Shown here one piece after another: positions 25,154-30,053 of a stretch of 30,053 nucleotides of DNA. The notes below the pieces were generated by a model. The model was given only the letters and a program-made list of their open reading frames with translations, was not told the origin of the DNA and did not search any database. The stretch's first letter is position 1; each line of letters begins with the position of its first letter. Position numbers and translations under genes: made by a program. The stretch is from Clostridia bacterium (lineage in GTDB: Bacteria > Bacillota > Clostridia > Christensenellales > Aristaeellaceae): the NCBI GenBank assembly GCA_009776385.1, contig WRFT01000001.1, positions 1 through 30,053 on the forward strand, written 5' to 3'.

Positions 25154-27052
25154 TTACCCGCCGATATACACATGATGAATACGGACGAGATGCGCGTCCG
25201 TAAAATAGAACTCTAAAACCAGTACATTGCCGTCCGAGGACAGGCAGGTGTATTTTACCATGCCCTGCTTCCCCTCCAGGGGGAAATAGCGTCCCATGCC
25301 CGTTTCCGAATAGTAGAGGCCGCGTACACCCGAAATGCCCGGCGGCTGGGTACAGTTGCGGAATTTGGAAATGACATCCTCCAGTGAATCACCGAATTTG
25401 ACACCCCTCGGATTCGGGCACAACGCGCTGTTCATATCCATTTGAACGACCAGCCAACGTTGACCGGAACGGTCTTGTCCGGCTGTCATGGCGCCCCATT
25501 CATACTCAAACCTTCGGCAAGGGGCCGGAAAACCCGCCAGCATGACCGGATCGGTTTCCGTCCCTTCCCCAAACTGTTCTTGAAAATCATCCAAGGTGGT
25601 CTTCATCAGCTCAAACGCATCGAACACATCCGTCCGTTCATATACTTTTTCGGGATAGGGCTTCACTTCTATACGGTAGTTTACTTCCATACCATAACTG
25701 GCCTTGCCCAGTGAATTGACCGCGACCGCCTTTAGCTTAACATTGCCTGTATGCAATTGTATCGCCTCACCCGTGTATTCCGGCGAGTCATTCACATCCG
25801 GCTCGGAACCGTCCAGCGTATAAAAGAAGCGCAAATCACTATCCTTATCCAATGAATACAGGTGAACCTTCTGGCGCCTTGAATACGTCCCGGGCGCGAG
25901 CCTTGCCTTCGGCGCCGAGGGTGACGGAAGGTATATCGAGTAGCTGACGGTCATCGGGTCACTAACTAGCCTTCCCGATACGCAAACCGCCTTAAAAGAC
26001 GCGATGCCCTCTTCCATTTCGATAGGCTTGGTATACAAGATACCCTCATCGGGCAGGTTGGCGGTGGTTTCCGGGGAGTAATACACATCAAAGCCCTGCG
26101 GTGATGAGAACTCTACGGCCTTCAGTTCGCTGTACCGCCCGGACGGAAGGCTTGTTTCAGGGGTCTTAGGAAGAAACTCCGTCCTTTGCTGGCGGAAAGC
26201 AAGCGAGCCGGTATTCTCATAAGCTATCTGCATCAGTTCTCCCGCTTCCCGATCCTCTCCGGCATCCAGCATCAGCCGAATCAGGTTGCGGTACACCTCT
26301 GTTCTGAATTTGGCGATGTGTTCATCTTTATACATAAAGGCATACAGTTCCATCGCGTCGGAGAGGCGGTCCGCCGCTTCATAGGCTTGGCATAACAGCA
26401 GCAACCCTTCCACATTGTTAATCGGCGGGTTCTTTTCAAGATCCAGTTCCCAGGCTCTGCGAAACACCTCGATGGACTCATCCACATAACCCTCGTCAAG
26501 CCGTTCCTTGGCTAATATCCAGTAGGCTTGCGCATCGTTTGACCTGCCGGATCGCGCCAAGATAATTTGCCCTTTCAACGAGTTATGAATGTACAGATAT
26601 CCTGCCAGCGTTGCTGCCAATGCCAGCGACACGATAAAGATGACCACTTTCGCCCAGTTCACGGAGCGAACCTTTACCGAATTATGCGGTTTATATTGTT
26701 TTTGTACCGGCACGACATTTTGCATTCCGGTTCCGTCCGGCATGCCTCTGCGCATGGCGGGACGGCCGGCATCATGGGCAAAAGGCCGTGCGCCGCGCCT
26801 TCGGCGCGCTCGTTCCGGATTTGCCTTTTCGGAAACATCAATCGTCCCTCCGCCTATGGGCGCATAATCATCAAATAACGGTATGTCATGAAGCCCGCTT
26901 TCCTGTGAGGCGTCCGGCCGCGTGTCGGGTTTGCCCTGCCGGATGCCTTCTACACCCCGCTTCTGTTCCTGTGCGCGGGAGATGAGAGTTCCGCATTGCA
27001 AACAAACCAGGGATTTCTCTTCCAAGTACATACCGCAACGCTGACAAATCAA
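25154..27052 (-). CDS. Membrane protein: N-terminal Zn ribbon, TM helix, TPR-like region, two Fn3-associated (chitobiase/hexosaminidase C-terminal-like) domains
   Basis: TTG 27052 with SD GGAGG 7 nt upstream; CQRC...CLQC; TM VVIFIVSLALAATLAGYLYI; LPSGRYS...VYYSPE and LAPGTYS...FFYTLDGSEP repeats. Confidence 0.75.
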   Translation of the reverse strand: MICQRCGMYLEEKSLVCLQCGTLISRAQEQKRGVEGIRQGKPDTRPDASQESGLHDIPLFDDYAPIGGGTIDVSEKANPERARRRRGARPFAHDAGRPAMRRGMPDGTGMQNVVPVQKQYKPHNSVKVRSVNWAKVVIFIVSLALAATLAGYLYIHNSLKGQIILARSGRSNDAQAYWILAKERLDEGYVDESIEVFRRAWELDLEKNPPINNVEGLLLLCQAYEAADRLSDAMELYAFMYKDEHIAKFRTEVYRNLIRLMLDAGEDREAGELMQIAYENTGSLAFRQQRTEFLPKTPETSLPSGRYSELKAVEFSSPQGFDVYYSPETTANLPDEGILYTKPIEMEEGIASFKAVCVSGRLVSDPMTVSYSIYLPSPSAPKARLAPGTYSRRQKVHLYSLDKDSDLRFFYTLDGSEPDVNDSPEYTGEAIQLHTGNVKLKAVAVNSLGKASYGMEVNYRIEVKPYPEKVYERTDVFDAFELMKTTLDDFQEQFGEGTETDPVMLAGFPAPCRRFEYEWGAMTAGQDRSGQRWLVVQMDMNSALCPNPRGVKFGDSLEDVISKFRNCTQPPGISGVRGLYYSETGMGRYFPLEGKQGMVKYTCLSSDGNVLVLEFYFTDAHLVRIHHVYIGG

Positions 27053-27077
27053 GCAAGCACCTCCGAAACGCGGCGAA

Positions 27078-27902
27078 TCAAGATAGACTCCCCGTCGCGT
27101 TAAACCCCAAGTCATTGCCAAAATCACGCGTTGGCGCGTCACCGCCCAGGCGTTCGATAGCCGATCGCAACTCAATGTAATCTAAATAGGGTACATCGGC
27201 ATTCTCCGCGGCTTGCGTCAGCGCTTCCAGTGCGCGCGCGTCACCCAATTTGCCCAGATAACCCGCAAAAATCGCGCGTTTTTCAGGACAGTTGATAAAC
27301 CTTTCCATAGTAATGCGAAACACCTTTTCGTTGCCGGGATAGTTTACCAAAACATCCAACATAGCCTCTTGCCCCGCCGGTGTCGCATGGCCGATGACTT
27401 CGGTTAGTTGTTTTACGGCCGCAGGACCCATTTGACGCAGGCTCTCCAACGCGTTTTCTGTCAGTTCATTGCCCTCGTCCATCTCCTTGAGCCATTGAAT
27501 ATACATCGTTTTCGGCGCGTCGCTATCCATTTCGCGAAGGAGCCCCACGGCGGTCATACGCGCTTCGGACGGAGCGTTCTCATCCTTCAATAATGCTGTC
27601 AGCCGTTTTTGACAAGGCAGTCCCACCTCCGCGATTCTATCCAGCAGCAGTGCGGGAACGGGAATACCCTGACGCGTGTAATCCGTCATCCAATCTACCA
27701 ATACCTTCGCGTCGTCATATTGCGAAAAATACGCGCCCGGTGATACCCCGTCAAGCCAATCAGCCGGCGTGTTGATGAAACGTAAATAAACGCTGTCCGC
27801 GTCTCTCTCCATCGCGTCCATATCGAGGTACTCGCTTGCGTGCTCGGTCATCCAATCATGCAGATAATCCGCGAAACGCTCGTCAAAATTAATCAAACTC
27901 AA
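27078..27902 (-). CDS. Acidic HEAT/ARM-like repeat protein of unknown function
   Basis: TTG 27902 with SD GGAGG and TTGA overlap with the upstream stop; helical repeats (LESLRQMGPAAV, YLGKLGDARALEAL, AIERLGG). Confidence 0.7.
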   Translation of the reverse strand: MSLINFDERFADYLHDWMTEHASEYLDMDAMERDADSVYLRFINTPADWLDGVSPGAYFSQYDDAKVLVDWMTDYTRQGIPVPALLLDRIAEVGLPCQKRLTALLKDENAPSEARMTAVGLLREMDSDAPKTMYIQWLKEMDEGNELTENALESLRQMGPAAVKQLTEVIGHATPAGQEAMLDVLVNYPGNEKVFRITMERFINCPEKRAIFAGYLGKLGDARALEALTQAAENADVPYLDYIELRSAIERLGGDAPTRDFGNDLGFNATGSLS

Positions 27903-29533
27903 TCCTTCATCCTCCCAATCATTCCATTCATTAACCGTACAATACCGCGGCTGCGCCTTCTGGACAACCATGTTTTTTCCCAATGCGTATCAATTAAATC
28001 CGGTCTGCCGCATGACTTATAAAAGAACAAGGCCAGCAAGTTAAAAAAATCATCTACGGCGTGTTGAGTGCGCAGCCTCATTTTACCAATATTTATCGCA
28101 TCATAAAAGTCGGCGGCAAAAGAGGCGGCGCGGTTCGGATTGTCCGCCTGAGCCGTAAAGAATAAAAACTGTTTAATAAACGCCGTCCTGCCGGGAATGG
28201 AGGCGCCGTTCATCGGAAGCGTTTTTGTATGGAACAGGCGGCCATAGATGAGTATCCATTGTCTTATGTTCGGATAGATAAGCTTCAGTTCCATAAAGGC
28301 GCTCTTTTTAACCCATTCGGGCATGTCCTCATCCAGCAGCCACTCTTTTAACCGGCGTCTCCCGGCGTTCACCGTGGCATTGGACATGACATAGGATAAC
28401 AGCCTGCGCGCCTGACGCGGGCCGAACCTGGCGGCGGATCGAATCCGCCTGATACCCGTGACACCGCCCGGTATATGCGCCGCCGCGAAATTCCGCGTTT
28501 TTTCACCGTTCCCGTTATTTAAAATGGCGGGGCGGTCATCGTTCGGCGAAAAAGACGCGTTGCTTTTAATGAGACGCAGTATGTACCGGTTCTCCTTATC
28601 CGCCGGATCAAACGCCAGCGACCTGTGACACAAACGTTCGGCATCGCCGGACTGTCCCAGCATAAGGTTAAACAGAGCCAAGTATCCCAAAACATGCGGG
28701 TCATAACATGCTTCGGCAGCGGCGTTTTGAAACCACCGCAGGCCTTGTTCATACGCCTTTAAAGCCATCAGAACGTAAAAAATATAGTCGTCGTCCGAAG
28801 CGTTTCGCGCACAGCGCGTAAGCCCTGTCAGCACGGCACGCGCGGCGCGGGGTTTTGAGTTAATAAAATATCCCATCGCGGCTGTACACAGTAAAACGGC
28901 GCTGTCCCGGTAGTACTTAAAGGCTTTAAGTGTTAATCGGATTCCTTCCAAATAAGCTCCCCGCCTGTATAATAGCGTAGCGGCCGCGCTGATAAGCTTT
29001 GCATCTGTTCCCGGTAAAGCGACAGCCCGATATAAGCGTTTAACCGCCCGGTACAAATAGCCGTTCTTCAAGTCTGTTTCCGCCAGGTTCATTAAACCGG
29101 CGGCGCGCCGCATGTGAGCATACCGTGTGTCTTCATGCGTCCTGGCGATTATCTCCCACGCGAGTGAAGCGTATGGACCATCGGGATGATACCGTAAATA
29201 TAAATCCGCCGCATCGTATGCCAACACAGTTTTATCTAAAGCGTAAAAACACACGGCTAATGGATACAATGCCTCCGTTTTACGAGAATTGGCCGCCAAT
29301 GCTTTGGAAATATTCGTCACCGCTAACCGGTAGCTGCCCATATCGATGAGTGTTTCCGCCATTTCCACAAGCGTTCCGGAAAGCGGGATGGCCCTGTAAG
29401 CCGCCCGAAACAAATCCAGCGCTGCCAGATAACGGCCTTTCTTGCGGTTCTCGCGTGCCTTGTCCAAAATATAGGCGTACGGGCGCGCAAAAGAAACCAG
29501 TTTATCCGGCTGGCCGTTTATCGCCTTCTTCAT
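27899..29533 (-). CDS. Tetratricopeptide-repeat protein (basic; possibly YvcD-like)
   Basis: ATG 29533 in ATGA overlap with the methyltransferase stop; TPR-like helices (GRYLAALDLFRAA, EALYPLAVCFYAL, GDAERLCHRSLAFDP). Confidence 0.75.
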   Translation of the reverse strand: MKKAINGQPDKLVSFARPYAYILDKARENRKKGRYLAALDLFRAAYRAIPLSGTLVEMAETLIDMGSYRLAVTNISKALAANSRKTEALYPLAVCFYALDKTVLAYDAADLYLRYHPDGPYASLAWEIIARTHEDTRYAHMRRAAGLMNLAETDLKNGYLYRAVKRLYRAVALPGTDAKLISAAATLLYRRGAYLEGIRLTLKAFKYYRDSAVLLCTAAMGYFINSKPRAARAVLTGLTRCARNASDDDYIFYVLMALKAYEQGLRWFQNAAAEACYDPHVLGYLALFNLMLGQSGDAERLCHRSLAFDPADKENRYILRLIKSNASFSPNDDRPAILNNGNGEKTRNFAAAHIPGGVTGIRRIRSAARFGPRQARRLLSYVMSNATVNAGRRRLKEWLLDEDMPEWVKKSAFMELKLIYPNIRQWILIYGRLFHTKTLPMNGASIPGRTAFIKQFLFFTAQADNPNRAASFAADFYDAINIGKMRLRTQHAVDDFFNLLALFFYKSCGRPDLIDTHWEKTWLSRRRSRGIVRLMNGMIGRMKD

Positions 29534-30053
29534 AAGGCGGCCGCCATACCCTTTCGCGCGCATACATGCCAGCGCGGCTCCTTCTTGCCCGGCGCGCGCA
29601 TCGCTTTTTCTCCATAGAAGCGCAGGTCCGTAAAACCGGCTTGTTGCAGCCACTCGGTTAGCTCCTCACGTGTGTGTGCCCGTTGTTTTTGGGTTTCGTC
29701 AACCCTTTCGTAGCGCCCGTCCGTTATCTTATTAAAGACACAAAGGCACATGGCCAAGATACGCGTATCCGTTTTGTAACGGTTGTTCCATATGTAAGTC
29801 ACGCGCTCGCTGTCATGGCAAATCACACGGTCACCTAATATTTCAGCCAATTTATAGGGTGTGGATACATCAAAAACCAAGCAACCGCCCGGCTTTAAGG
29901 CAGCAGACGCGGAATTGAAAAACATCACCGCATCTGTCGGCGCCGTGAAGTAATTAAGCCCGTCACACGTGCATAACACCGCGTCCACGGGATGGTGCGT
30001 CCGAAGTTGGCGCATATCCTGCCGCACAAACGGAAGGGTTATCCCTTCCCGGC
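29530..30053 (-). CDS. Class I SAM-dependent methyltransferase, 5' end beyond the window
   Basis: FVRQDMRQL, DAVLCTCDGLNY, LKPGGCLVFDV; the frame stays open to 30053 (REGITLPF). Confidence 0.85.
   Translation of the reverse strand, partial: REGITLPFVRQDMRQLRTHHPVDAVLCTCDGLNYFTAPTDAVMFFNSASAALKPGGCLVFDVSTPYKLAEILGDRVICHDSERVTYIWNNRYKTDTRILAMCLCVFNKITDGRYERVDETQKQRAHTREELTEWLQQAGFTDLRFYGEKAMRAPGKKEPRWHVCARKGMAAAL

Noticed and set aside
369-29535. Many short ORF-track entries (60-160 aa) overlapping the called genes on the opposite strand or in other frames
   Set aside because: They lie within well-supported genes, and I recognised no family motifs in them; they are expected shadow ORFs.
9589-29653. 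Long N-terminal extensions in the ORF track (10479, 12063, 16081, 18713, 19953, 20803, 22620, 27175, 27983, 29653; also 323)
   Set aside because: Downstream starts have clear SD sequences or 4-nt stop/start overlaps and match family N-termini; most of the extensions overlap neighbouring genes.
30032-30049. Inverted repeat GGAAGGG-TTAT-CCCTTCC
   Set aside because: Single copy inside the open methyltransferase frame at the window edge, with no U-tract or repeat array.
1-30053. CRISPR arrays, tRNA/rRNA genes, transposases/integrases, defence systems
   Set aside because: By eye I found no spaced direct repeats, cloverleaf signatures, or recombinase/nuclease motifs; a covariance-model search was not run.

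Overview
Bacterial chromosomal window, probably from an anaerobic Bacillota/Clostridia genome (inferred from gene families, SigA-type promoters and Bacillus-type PurBoxes). From left to right: an ECF sigma/anti-sigma pair with a divergent secreted-protein gene; an orphan URO-D/MtaA-like gene; an 8-gene purine operon on the minus strand (purE-purF-purM-purN-IMP cyclohydrolase-AICAR transformylase-purD-purL) with a clear promoter and a PurBox pair; glgB-xth; a pyrR-like gene plus a Gfo/Idh/MocA oxidoreductase; yebC; a Fur-family regulator with a ZnuABC-type transporter and a Cys-Cys lipoprotein; a 5'-decayed solute-binding-protein-like gene; and a tightly coupled methyltransferase-TPR-HEAT-(Zn ribbon/TM/TPR/Fn3-like) cluster. 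I saw no tRNA, rRNA, CRISPR array, riboswitch or mobile element. The best leads are: (1) a TGTTAGGAA-N15-(C/A)GTA motif shared by the divergent gene and the anti-sigma gene, suggesting a self-contained ECF circuit; (2) a PyrR-like protein with a remodelled RNA-binding face and no attenuator; (3) a CTG start codon for purD; (4) the uncharacterised four-gene TPR/HEAT cluster; (5) the Cys-Cys lipoprotein in the metal-uptake operon. Family assignments come from motif recognition by eye, not from database searches.
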